A model generated the notes under the pieces. That model was not told where the DNA came from. It ran no database searches and saw only the letters and a program-made list of their open reading frames with translations. A stretch of 64,000 nucleotides of DNA, from positions 4,588,001 to 4,652,000 of the forward strand of contig NC_042998.1 of NCBI RefSeq assembly GCF_006345805.1, read 5' to 3'. Positions 1-12,329 of the stretch are shown one piece after another; within the stretch, counting starts at the first letter, position 1; every line of letters begins with the position of its first letter. Both the position numbers and the translations under genes were made by a program. Source of the DNA: Octopus sinensis. Taxonomy: Eukaryota.

Positions 1-880
1 CTGGCCTGGCAGTGCTACCGAGAAGCGCTACCCGTTCGGGATAAGCTCTACAGACACGGCTCGAGAAACATGGGGCCGACCTACCCGAGATGCGGCCAGA
101 GCCACGAAACCGTTCTGCACGCACTCGTGCAGTGTCCAACAATTTCCTACTGCTGTCACGTGTGGGACGAGTCGATTCATCAGGTGAGTCTATCGTCAAT
201 ATTGTCACGCCTCCTTCCTTCAAACGGGAAGGAAGAGCTATTTTCATCATCCTTGTGGCTATGGCGAAAGAATGTATCTGGTGGACGCGTCTGAAAGGAT
301 TCGAGACAAACACTTTCCTCTCTGGTCAATCTCTCATCAACTTCTTCAAGTATCACTTGAAAGGAAAGTGAGAGTAGAGAGGCCAATTTTGTCTAGCGAA
401 TGTCTTTAAAATAGATAGGTTAATGTAGCAAGGATGGCACGTATGAATGACGAAGCCACCTTGAGCATAATCCTATGAACCCAGAAATTGAAAACAGAGG
501 GTTACCCACTTGCAAATAAATGTGGTAACATGTAACAATATTGATCGAGGTTACCGTGGTCTTTTCTGTAGGCTTTTCTTCCCACGGATAAACTTTATCT
601 GCTTCCCCCTTTACACCGTACGTCATGACACTGTGATACACGATCCCTATTGATCCTTTTTTCCCCATTTTTCCTTTCTTTTTTCTCCTTTCTTTTTTTT
701 TCTTTTCTTTTGTTTCTTTTCCTTTTTTTCTTTTTTTTCTTCTTTCCCTCTTACGATCCCTTTTGATCGAAAACCTACCCCACTTATTTTTTTTTCTCCA
801 AAAAAGAAAAGCTCAACTTTGTAATCTGTCCCGTCTGTGTGCAACCCTGTGTGGCTAATAAAGAAATCTATCTATCTATA
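1..880 (+). mobile_element. 3' end of a decayed Tx1/L1-like LINE (C-terminal zinc knuckle plus 3' UTR)
   Basis: Frame from base 1 reads LAWQCYREALPVRDKLYRHG...T(Y)PRCGQSHETVLHALVQCP, a CCHC knuckle with the first Cys changed to Tyr. After a frameshift it reads AKECIWWTRLKG. AATAAA at 857-862 is followed by a (TCTA)n tail. Confidence 0.75.
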
Positions 881-887
881 TATATAT

Positions 888-930
<43 letters not shown>

Positions 931-1177
931 ACTTTGTTATATACATACAAACATACATAGTTAAATATCTATATATCTATATATGTATATATATACATAT
1001 ATATATATAAAATTTGTTATATACATACATGCATACATATACTTTATATACAAATATATATATGCATATATAAACAAATATATGTATAGATGCATGTATA
1101 CATAATACATACACATACACTTATACACACTCACACACATATATTACTTTGAATATAATTTCGTTATAATACTATAT

Positions 1178-1378
1178 GTGGAGGCGCTTGGTTTAATGGT
1201 TAGGGTGTCAGCACCATGATCGCAAGATTGTGGTTTCGATTCTTAGACTGGGCGACGCGTTGTGTTCTTGAGCAAAACACTTCATTTCACGTTGCTCCAG
1301 TCCACTCAGCTGGCAAAACCGATTAACGCTGCGATGGAATAGCGTCCCGTCCTGCTGGGGAACACGTACGCCATATTG
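1178..1378 (+). mobile_element. tRNA-derived SINE (GTGGAGGCGC-head group, diverged)
   Basis: Pol III A-box-like TGGTTTAATGG and B-box-like GGTTTCGATTC. The body GTTCTTGAGCAAAACACTTCAT...GGGGAACACGTACGCCAT resembles the copy at 21825. Confidence 0.75.
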
Positions 1379-2093
1379 AATCTTACTTCAACCCTTGCGT
1401 ATGTCCTTCCTCTTGTTAAGTACGTTATATCATTCCATTTTTGTTTCAAAGCAAGTTCCACGGTTTCTTTAGAAGCTAAATCTAATTTCTTGTCCTTCGC
1501 AATCCAACTTTTGTAAATCACAGTTCTCTTTTCGACTCTTTCCATAGTTTCATCGGTATGGGCAATTTTTATTTCCTGCTCTTCCCTTTCAAACATTTCG
1601 TTATATTTTTTCAACTCTTCTGGTTCGATGTTTATATTGGTTTTTGTCACAATGGTTATTATTATTATAATTATTATACAGAAATGTGTGTAATTACACT
1701 ATTTGCACACACATAAGTGTGTGTATGCATGTATATGTGTGTGTGTGTTTCGGCTCGATCAGTGACGAGATTTCTCGGTTAGTCGCTACTATTTTGTACT
1801 TAGTTTGCAAGACGCTGGACAGGAAGCCATTTCTTGCAACATATGCTATTGTATGCATTGTACTTTATCAATCCTATGTAGATGATATGCAATTTGGGGA
1901 ACACTTAAAATAGAACATTAACATGTAAATAAAACACTGTTTAATCTTATACCGTAAAACCCATACCCTGATTGAAACATAGTTCGGTTTTGAAATATAA
2001 CAGGATAACACGACAGAATAAACAGCGGACCATCTGTGATAAATGCTAGTCTTTGAGCTACTTATGAGGATTCTATGGAAAAAAAAATACATA

Positions 2094-2460
2094 TTCTTTT
2101 ATTTTACTTGTTTCAGTCATTTGACTGCGGCCATGCTGGAGTATCACCTTAAAGGGATTTTTGGTCAAAGAAATCGACCCCAGGATCTTATCTTTTTAAG
2201 CCTAGTACTTATTCTATAGGTATCTTATGTCGAACCGCTAAGTTACGGGAACATAAACACACCAACATCGGTTGTCAATTGATGGTGGGGGAACAGACAC
2301 ACACACACACACTCATACATATGCTTCTTTTAGTTTTGTTCTATCAATACCACTCACAAGGATTTGGTCGGCCCAAAGCTATAGTAGAAGACACTTACCC
2401 AAGGATCCACGCAATGGGACTGAACCCAGGACCATGGTTTTGAGATGCAAGCTTCTTACA
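2094..2460 (-). mobile_element. tRNA-derived SINE (GTAAGTAGCTTGCT family), internal CA repeat
   Basis: Reverse complement aligns by eye to copies at 6553, 18556 and 51532, with the shared tail GGCCGCAGTCAAATGACTGAAACAAGTAAAA. Confidence 0.85.
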
Positions 2461-3879
2461 GTCACTCTTGAATCTGTTTCTGTCGATAAAAGGATTTGTA
2501 ATATTTGCTGTAGGTCGGTTCACTAATGACTGAGAACATTTGCAGAACGATGTGAACAGTTTCCAGCAGTTATAACTGCCTGATGATCCATTGTGAACCA
2601 CGGTAATATGTCTAGAATATCTCAATACTGCGCTGCAAGGAATTAATATTTATGAAAGTGGATATTTCTACTTCCCATTTCATTTTAGTATAGATACAGC
2701 TGCAACAATCTTAGTAGAGATACCGTTCGAGATTACCATTGAGAATTCTCTGTAATGTAGATAGGTATCAAGGAAATTCTAGCTACGGAGTCTTTCACGC
2801 TTTCTCCGACAAATTCCCTGTAATAATAAATTAGAAGCACTTCTAGTTTACAAAGTCCGAAAATCCCCGATGAAGTCGTTGAAGTGATGAGCAAATTATT
2901 TTCACACTGTCTCTAATCTCTTCACTACGTTTCTGTAAATTAACTGCTGTTGTTGTTTCGTATGGAGGTAATGTTGGGGAGTACAGTATGTACATATAGC
3001 AGTTACACCCACGCCGTTGATGAATAATCTACGTCTAAGTAGCTTTACAGGAACTAATTGATATTTCTTCTATGATATTTCGAAGTGACCCACGCTGTTC
3101 TCTACGTTTTTCCTTAATTATAATTGTAATTGTAATTGTAATTAGCCGGATATCTCTTAATTAAAGCGAATATTCTATTAGTTCTGCAATAATTTATCAG
3201 AGCAGTTTAGTCAAAATGAATTAAGTAATTGAATAAGTAAAGCAGGTTGTTAACCGTGTCACTTCGTAATGTAAAAAGGAATAAAACACAGTAAACGTGT
3301 TTTAGAACATCGTTGGCATCTATGTTAAAATAGATTTTGAGAGGGTGGTTTAATGCCATCAGCTGATATATAGACCTGTTTAGCCGATGCCAGCTTTTAT
3401 GAGCGAGATTACTAAGTAAACTGGCATTTTTAGAATAGGAATACCTTCTAAATATTCTTTTAGAGCTTCGTTCTATTATACACCCACGTGACCAATAGCC
3501 TGTAGTCCGACCTACCTTAAATTTCTTAAAATTTGGTAATATTTATCAGGCATTTCACTTCATGATCCTGTGATTAATCAACAAGTCTTTACTTGGTCTG
3601 CCTGATGAGTTGAGAGTAGCGAAAAGTTTTATATATTTTTGTTAATGTTGTGCATTCTGCATACATGTCTGTACCATCTCATACCATCTGCGGGGGGGGG
3701 GTCATTAGGCCTACAGCCCAAAACTAAGGGGTGTGATGATAATAAATGATTTATTACTACCCTACCAGTATGGTATTACTTTAAACTCAGTTGAAATTAA
3801 AAACTTGTATCTTCACAAATTTTTGGAGTTCTTTTAAAATTTGAATAGAAGATATCCACAATATCCAAAGTTGAAGTGA

Positions 3880-4160
3880 ATTTCAGTGTAACGTATGATA
3901 ACATTGGAAACAAACGAATGGATTAGACTGTGTCTCTGAAATCGTTTCCTTAATAGATTGTCTTGCATTGTAACATCGTACAGACATGAATATATGGAGA
4001 ACAACATGTATACATGCTGCCAAATCTAAGAGTATGTTTTGTTAGCATTATATAGATGTTGCACTTCATACAAATCTGCCTGTATGATGCTACAATGCAA
4101 TAAAGTATCTTATTATAACGATTGCATCAATATCGTATCACCTATTTGTTTTTATTACCA
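3880..4160 (-). pseudogene. Possible decayed class A GPCR fragment (TM6-TM7-helix 8)
   Basis: Minus strand reads AIVIIRYFIAL*H, then ILLDLAACIHVVLHIFMSVRCYNARQSIK. HVVLH could be a degraded NPxxY. Contains stops and frameshifts. Confidence 0.3.
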
Positions 4161-5261
4161 TAGGCTGACAAAGTAATCTTAGTTAATACAGATTAGATTT
4201 TATGTATATATATAAGTGAATACATGTGCATATGTAGCTGTGTATGTCTGTATGTGGATATATATGTATTCTTACACACACCCGCTCCCTACTCCAATAT
4301 GTGTACATAGAGAGATAGAGTGAAAGAAAGAAAGAGAGAGGGAGAGGTATATATATATATATATATATACTTATGTAAATGTGAATATCCGTGTAAACAA
4401 AGAGATATACCTTTGTATGAAAACATCATATGCTGTTCTCTCTTATCCTAAGCAAATTCATTTAACCATGCAGTATACACAGAGCTATTGCATGATGTAT
4501 TTAAAAGCAAAATGGTGAAGACGCTTCAGCCTGGAATAGACATTTTGATTGAATTAAATAAGCCGAAATGTATGCAGATTTCATAAAGAAAGACATATGA
4601 GACTAGAATGGCAGATATTCAGCTAAATCAAGTAATTCACATTACAAAATATAGTTGTCCTAATAATAAATGTGTCTATAGCCAAAGTTTAGTGGCAGAG
4701 ATTGTAGATTAGTAATTTTATACAAGTAATAAATATTGTTCGGCTATACCCTAAAGGTTTATGAAATAAGATGGCCAATAATATGACTTTTCTAATGTAT
4801 TGGAGATGGTGTTATTATAGAGATTTGAAACTACAGTCAAGGAATTCTAATAAAATAGATAATCGGTTTTTTTCTCTAAATAATTCAGGAGGAAGAGGCA
4901 AAGCTTAGGAAATTTACGAACAGTACGAAATATGTATATTAAATTCTAGTGTTTCACTGAAAGAGAAGATAATATAATTATACGAAGTATCTACCTAGTT
5001 ATGACACATATAGTTAGAATCATAACAATTATTTTTCAGTATCGAATTGTTTCATTTTTCGTTAGTTATCTTAGGCATATTTTTTTGGCGAGCATTTACT
5101 ATCACTTTTTAGTGATTCATGTAGATATAACAGGTACTAAACCAGCGAAACTTGAATCTATAAGTTATAGGGCTTTGATTTTATATACTATTTTACATTT
5201 ATATATGATATAAAAATATATATCATATATATATGTTATATATATATATATTATATATGCA

Positions 5262-5936
5262 GCACCGAAAGCGAGGGAATGCAACATGGAAAACTACCTT
5301 CTCGAAACAGTTTTAGTTGCATACGATTAATGATTTCATTGACAACGTGTATAATTACGCTTTCCAATCTTCAGTGTATAATTACGCGTTTCCAACATAA
5401 TCAGAACATATAAATATGAACATTTATACACCAAACGTATCCAACATAGCATATACAAATGTTCACACTTATATATACTTGTAGAAGGTGAGCTTCTCTA
5501 GTCACAACTCGGTTGTACGTGTATAGTCGGAATAATTCACCACTAAATATATTCCCTTTTAATTTCTAAAATAAAATATAAGGATTTATTAAGTAGCCAG
5601 CGTGAAAAACAAGCTTAAGAAATAATCAATACAAAGTATATACTTTATCGTTTAGATATAAAATACATTAATTATATTAATGGCTATTACTTTAAGTAAA
5701 CGCCTCTCGCTGTAACGGAACTCTAAAGTCTAACTAATTCAATAAATATTCACGGCACCGAAAACGAGGGAATGAAACATAGAAAGTTGCCTTTTAGAAA
5801 CAGATTTAGTTGCATACAATCAATGATTTCATGGTCAGCTGATATAATTCCGTCCTCCAATCATCAGTATAACATAATTAGAACATAGCAATATGAACAT
5901 TTACATCTCGGTTGCACGTGTATAGTTGGAATAATC
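5262..5936. repeat. Local direct duplication (5262-5536 and 5755-5936)
   Basis: Both copies run GCACCGAAA.CGAGGGAATG.AACAT.GAAA...TTTAGTTGCATAC.AT.AATGATTTCAT...CTCGGTTG.ACGTGTATAGT.GGAATAAT. Confidence 0.85.
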
Positions 5937-5978
5937 TCTGTATGAGTGTAAGCCTTATCTAGCGAGATTTCTTTATAT

Positions 5979-6011
<33 letters not shown>

Positions 6012-6552
6012 TCACCAACATATATATAATTATGTATGTCTGTAGGTATACACAAATATATACATGCATACTAACATACGTATATGTATGTACATAAATT
6101 GTAGGTTTATTATTTTAGATATGTGTGCATTAGCAAATGTGGTGAGTATCATTTTACTAATACATAAGATGCGAAAAAAAAATATAGTTGATCGCAAGAA
6201 ATAACTCATAGAGTTTTCTTTGGAGTTCTACTAACCAATTTACAATGTAAGCACTTGCATTCATTCATTCATTCATCCATTCGTTCATTCATTCATATTT
6301 ACATACATTCGCTGTGAACCTATGCACGACTTTTCTCAGGTTTAGAATGTGGCATCGCTATCTACAGTCCAAAAATGGAGCTCTGTTTTTACTAGAAACC
6401 ATCTCCTTCTTCAGAATAATTTAAATGATTAAATACAGAACACACACGCACCCATACACACAAACATACACACACATGCACGCCCACATGCACGCATGCA
6501 CGTACGCATGCACGCACGCATGCATGTATACACGCACACACATACATGAGAC

Positions 6553-6936
6553 GCAGGAGTGGCTGTGGGGTAAGTAGCTTGCTAACCAACCACATGGTTC
6601 CGGGTTCAGTCCCACAGCGAGGCATCTTGGGCAAGTGTCTTCTGCTATAGCCCCGAGCTGACCAATGCCTTGTGAGTGGATTTGGTAAAAGGAAACTTTA
6701 TATATATGTATATATATATGCGTGTGTGTATATGTTTGTCCCACTAGCATTGCTTGACAACCGATGCTGGTGTGTTTACGTCCCCGTCACTTATCGGTTC
6801 GGCAAAAGAGACCGATAGAATAAGTACTGGGCTTACAAAGAATAAGTCCCGGGGTCGATTTGCTCGACTAAAGGCGGTGCTCCAGCATGGCCGCAGTCAA
6901 ATGACTGAAACAAGTAAAAGAGTAAAAGAGTAAAGA
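6553..6936 (+). mobile_element. tRNA-derived SINE (GTAAGTAGCTTGCT family), near full length
   Basis: Head GCAGGAGTGGCTGTGGGGTAAGTAGCTTGCT...GGTTCCGGGTTCAGTCCC, central TA/TG repeat and (GTAAAAGA)n tail; close match to 51532-51968. Confidence 0.9.
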
Positions 6937-7009
6937 TATATATATATATATATAAGTGAAAGGAGAACAGTGAAAATGCCGTGAGGAGTGGAATAGTGGA
7001 ATATCCAAA

Positions 7010-7033
7010 GTTTCAGATTCAATCCTTCGTCAG
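7010..7033 (-). ncRNA. Minimal type I hammerhead-like motif, degenerate (Penelope-like context)
   Basis: Minus strand CUGACGA-A-GGAU-UGA-AUCU-GAAAC. Stem II is 4 bp with one G-U; stems I and III are eroded. Confidence 0.5.
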
Positions 7034-7407
7034 GGGCTAGACAAAAAGAGAAGAAAGTCAGAGTTTACATCCTCTCAGCTTGAAAATCTGGCTGCAGCTG
7101 ATAATGGATGCAGAATAATGCGGGCTGCTAGCGTGAAACAGAAGTTATAGGAGAGGGCGTGCAGAAAGGAGGAGGAAATGTACGATGGAGAAAGTAGAAG
7201 TAAGTAAATACGGGAACGTTGTAGAGGGAGGGTGGAAGGAGGATTAATGTATGTATGCAAGTATATATATATAAATATAAGACTAAAGCTGTCGCTGATT
7301 AGCTCCTAGAGGCCACCGCCTCTAGCTAGCTATATGACACACAAACCTGCGTCCATTACACCCTTCGAACAGGGGAGGTCAGCCGCTTCACCTTGCTAGT
7401 CAGACAT

Positions 7408-7448
7408 CTGCAGACATGTTTCAGGGTTGTTGCCCTTTATCAATGCAG
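7408..7448 (-). ncRNA. Type I hammerhead ribozyme with U3-A8 core variant
   Basis: Minus strand CUGCA-UUGAUAA-AGGG-CAACAA-CCCU-GAA-ACAUGU-C-UGCAG. Perfect 5-bp stem I, perfect 4-bp stem II, palindromic stem III and a GUC cleavage site. Confidence 0.75.
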
Positions 7449-7899
7449 CGTAGTCAGAACCAGCAGGTGTCGCTACTGACCGTCTGTTCGAAGATTTTAT
7501 GTACCTAGTTACAGTGGAATACATCCACTTGTTTTTATAAATAGAAATATTAAAATTACTAAGTCTCTCTAAAGGAGATTACGGTATACATATATACTTG
7601 CATACATCCATATTGAAATATTTAGAGCCCTCTAAATGATTTGTGGTGAGATCCCTTGATAAAATAAAGTATCCTTACATTTTTTTATGTTGGATTATAT
7701 GGGACAAACTAGTCGCAGAGTAGTTTGATATTGTATATTGTCTGGTTCAAATATAAATGCAAAAGTTGATTACGTCACGACCAGGCTAACACGTTCCTTT
7801 TCAACATATTGACTCCTTTTGCTCCTTTAGAAAAGGGACATTTTATAGTGGGATATTTCAGCTGAGCTTAATAGCCGCTGTGGAGATTGACAAAAAATT

Positions 7900-8330
7900 A
7901 TTTCCTCTAAATAATATTTATAACAACATCAGCTTTTCTACCAAATCTCAAAAATTACTAGAAATATTGAACAAAGTTTTTATTGTCTTCTTATAAATTG
8001 ATCTTTGCTTTTTACTATGTGAAATATTGAGAACGGGATAAATGAAGCGTTTTATGTTATGCTTTTTAAACAGAGAACGAAATTGTAAGGTAGGTGTTAA
8101 TACTACGCGAGGAGAGATGGGGAGTGGTATTAACGGAGGGGAAGGACACATTAGAAAATAAAATAAAAAATTAAAAAAGTATTAAAAGGAACTAAAGTCT
8201 TTAGAATTAGTGTGGGGAAAGAGAGAAGCATAAGTGTATTCATAAGAGGAGTGTTTGAAATAAGGAGGGATTATAGAGAGAAAGCTGTAATTTGGGGAGT
8301 TGAGCTTGAAACACTTTGAAGCATATTAGT
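7900..8330 (-). mobile_element. Possible Penelope-like element fragment
   Basis: ORF 7948-8151 contains LPISP...RSLFKKHNIKRFIYPVLNI, which resembles the LPY...LKKHNI..F.P linker of Penelope-like proteins. Confidence 0.35.
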
Positions 8331-9539
8331 GATACTAAAATTTTTACTTTAATTATATTTATTTGTTCACTTTAAATGCAAAAGGTTGTTGGTTTAAAAG
8401 CCCGAGTGAGTAAATATTTGCTGTCAATTTGCTTGATGTTCATACTGCGTGAAAAAAAACAACATAACTTTTTAATACTCAGGATATGACATTAGCTTAT
8501 TGAGACAAACTTTCTCTATTTTTCTATTAAGTAAATTAAGCCAATTTGCTTGTGTTGTGTCACGTTCTTCCTACAATGATATATTCTTGTTCCAGTGACG
8601 CAACCGAGAATTCACGTACAACGCTACACTAAAAATCTGTGTTTTCATTAGTTTTGCTTGTCCCTGAGTTTCCTGTTGTGTCTCTACTAATAACAAAAAT
8701 GTAGATGAATTGCTTTTCTCTTCTACCAGAATGAGGATGTCTCCAAAATGTAATATAAGTTTTTATGGTCTGTTGTTCATCATTATACCCATGACCAACA
8801 GAACCTTCTCTGTGTTGAACAATAATAGCTGAGATGGGTGGAATGTCTTCGTATGATTTTGTGATGTTTTTAGCCTTTATTAGAAGCCTGGCACGTCGTA
8901 AAGTTCCTTCTTCAGAGATAGTTTCCGGTATTATTGACAAGGATCCTCAAATGTCGTCTTCAGGGGAATACTTCATTACCTGAACTGTAGACTTGGAAAC
9001 CCTTTAATGTCAAATGGTTTGAAGCTTGTTACAAGCTTTCCTGTCGTGTCCATCGCGTGTAAGGAATTATTTATTACTCTTAACAACATAGATCTGAGAT
9101 ACGTGAAGCTGCTGATAGTAATAATAGCAGTAGAAAGGCCATGTTACATATCCTGTTGAACTATGGTATCTTAGGAGAAGGTTTTTAAAGCCATTGCTGC
9201 CATATACGAAAACCACCAATCTTTGCGCGATGTCTGAGATAATAAAAGAAACTGTCTACAAAATAATCGCTTTGATGCGAAATTTAAAATCTAACACTAA
9301 GGAAGAAGAGAGTTGCTGCAAAGGAATATTTAGAATTCCGAGATAAATGGCTCAGTATGTAAAAAAAAGTCATTGTAGCTTATGCACGAATATTAGGATT
9401 ACTTCGGTCAGTATTACTCTTTAATTTGTGATAGAAAACAAAATTCATAATACGAAAAGCATCAGGAAGTATTGAAACCGAAAATTTACTAGGGACTGTC
9501 TTCTCGACACACGTTTATAAACACCTTATCATTAGGGAC

Positions 9540-9824
9540 TGTTGTAAAGTGTGATGTGTGACTGCCGTTGTACTGTAGTTGATGTTTTACGATAGTAGCC
9601 ACAATAGTTACTAGACATCGGATACCGTTGTATCACTTTGTATTGGAATAGTAATACACTAACTTCTTCTGCCTTACTATCGCTGATAGCTCCACATGAC
9701 CGACTAGAACTGTCGACTCTCAACTCTTCGACTCTCCACCCTCTCTTGACGACCGGCTACTGCTCTATTTATAATGGCCGTCCTTCTTCTTTTGACCGGA
9801 AGGGGTATCCAGTTTCACTATACA
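9540..9824 (-). repeat. 3' LTR of the Gypsy element
   Basis: TG...CA boundaries (TGTATAG on minus at 9824; ends ACAACA at 9540). Immediately preceded on minus by the polypurine tract AAAAGGGGAGA (9825-9835). No matching 5' LTR seen. Confidence 0.75.
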
Positions 9825-9879
9825 TCTCCCCTTTTAATTATTTTAATTATTTTCAATTTTTTATTCACCCCACCTCCTC

Positions 9880-9922
<43 letters not shown>

Positions 9923-12225
9923 ATCCTTTCTTTCTTAGGATCTACTTTTAGGAATTCAGTGTTCTTCCTTTTCTTTGTACGTGTGGTTTCCACTTCTTGT
10001 AACAGTGTTGGGACTTGTAAAGTGTCATATAGCCAATTCATCAGTATTTCTACTCTTGTTGGTTCCTTTACCATGACTCTTTCCTTAAGCTGATTTCTAT
10101 GTCTCCTTTGCATTCCATTTTCTACTTCTTATATCATACCTCATTCTTCTTATGTATGTTACAATTTCTCCTTCTTCCCAGTATTGCTTGCCATTTTTGT
10201 CCATTCTTACATATACCTTATCACCGATTCTAAAAAAAAACTGGCATGTCTTTACTAGCACGTATTTTTCCTTCCCTATTAACAGTTTATCAAATACTGA
10301 CTTAAATTTTCTGGCAAACATTAATTCTGCAAGTGGACTTCCTTCTGGCGCATTTGGATTCGGAGTTACCCTGTATGCCTTGAAGAATTGTTGGATCGAG
10401 ACATCAACAATGGCTACTTTATTAGTTTTCTCTAAAGCTCTCTTAAAGCTGTCTACAAACCGTTCGGTCCTTCCATTTGATCTAGGATTGTACAGTGCTA
10501 TGGTTTTATGTTCTAACGTGTAAATCTCACAGTATCTTCTCAACTCACAGGATACAAACTGTGTTCCGTTTACTATATCCGGTACACCAAATCTTGCAAA
10601 CGGCTCGTGTAAGAAAAGTTTATTACCGTATATGAGGTTAGTCATTTACACTTCGCGACCTCAGGCCATTTTGTGTAGCTGCCCACTACTATTACGCAAT
10701 AAAATCCATTTACCGGGCCTGCAAAATTAATATGCAACCGGGACCTTGGTATTTTCACTTCAGGTTAAGTTCACATTTTTTAGTTGGTAGTTTCGCTGTC
10801 AGTGTATCTACACTGCAACCTTTTACCAGGTTTTCAACTTCCTTTTCCATGCTTCGCCAGTATACGAAACTTCGCATCAGCGCTTTCATTCTAAAAATGC
10901 TTGGTTGTTCCACATGGAACTCTTTCAGCGTTCTCTTCTGTAATCTTTGTGGTATGACTACCCTCCGAGCGTGCATTAGTACACCATCACATACAGGGTA
11001 CACGCTCACACCTTGGCGGTTCTTTGCATCAGACCTTTCTTTATTTCCTTTTGTCGATCACAGTTTTTTTTTGTCTCATTAATAAATTTATCATTTTTTG
11101 CATTTCTTTTTATTTCTTCCAAAGTTACTGATGGATCACACACGATGTTCTGCATAACTTTTTTGTTTCCGCTTCCGCTCTTAGGGCTGCTATTACGGCG
11201 TCCTCCAGCGGTTTGTTATTTGTCGTAATTAAACTAGACAGACCACAGGCATGCCTCAACCTTTTTGATGGCAGATATAGTCCATTCTATAATCGTAGTT
11301 TAATAGAATGGTACTCCACCGCTGCAGTCTGTTTGCCGAATGTGTCAGGATTCCTTTCTTGGATCCGTATATCTTTATTAGAGATTTATGGTCCATTTGC
11401 AACCAAAAGCATCGGCCGTGAATGAACCTGTGTAACGTTTGCACGCCAAAAAAAAAAAACAATATAGCCAACACCACTTTTTCAACCTGGCTGTAGCTCT
11501 TTTCCGCCGGCAGTAATGTCCTTGATGTGTGGTCTATGGCCTTTCTCCTGCCATCGTTACCCTTGTGTAGAAGCACGGCTCCTATCGCTAGCATTTGTAG
11601 CTAGTCTTTGAGTCGAAATGCGTAAGACACAAGTCTGAAGTCAACACATCTTTTAACTCATTAAATGCTTTCGGGCATTTCTCAGTCCAAACACATTTGG
11701 CATTTTCTTTTTAATAATTCATCAAGTGGTGCCTTTACCATATGTATATTTGGGATGTATACTTGGTAATCTTTTACGAAGCCTAGGCAGCATTGTTACG
11801 TTCGACGGAGGGGGGGGGGCATATTTCGTATTACCGTCGCGATTGTCGGGTTCGGTCTGCATCCACTTTCGTCGATTACTTGACCTAGGTATTTTATTTT
11901 TTCCTTCAAAAATTCCCATTCTTCTTCTGTCAGTTTTATCTCGCATTCACTTATTCTCTCGAATACTTTCATTATGTGTTCGACATGTAGCATCCAAGAC
12001 TCGCTCCTTATCAAACTGTCATCGAGGTATGCGACGGTGAACTTGCAACCACTTAACGTTGCATGCATTATTTGTTGGAATGTGGCGGGTGCCACTTTTA
12101 CTCCAAACGGCAGTCGTTTGGACTTGTACAATCCACGATGCGTATTGATTGTTAGTAGTTATGTGTAATCTTCCTCTAACTGGATTTGAAAGTACGCCTC
12201 TGAGAGGTCTGAACTCATTCCTTGA
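9540..12225 (-). mobile_element. Decayed Ty3/Gypsy LTR retrotransposon, 5'-truncated (RT-RNaseH-integrase-3' LTR)
   Basis: RT: DLSEAYFQI, RLPFGVKVAPATFQQ, YLDD. RNase H: AIGAVLLH...YSQVEK...DHKSL. Integrase: EFHVEQP...MRSFVYW, DNG-like VNGTQF, SNGRTERFV. Many stops and frameshifts. Confidence 0.95.
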
Positions 12226-12329
12226 TTATCGACCGTGGGAGCACACTAAGAAAATTTGCATAACGTGCTTTTAGATTAAGTACTCCTCCCATGTCCATGT
12301 ATAGTTATGTTGTAAGAATGAGTCATTGT

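Noticed and set aside
2520-2870. LERYL and ILPWF...GNCS pieces suggesting another GPCR
   Set aside because: They fall in different frames with wrong spacing and no TM1/TM2 support.
8629-9100. 103-aa minus-strand ORF and a nearby CUGAAGA...GAAACUAUC motif
   Set aside because: No recognisable protein motif, an upstream in-frame stop, and the ribozyme stems do not pair.
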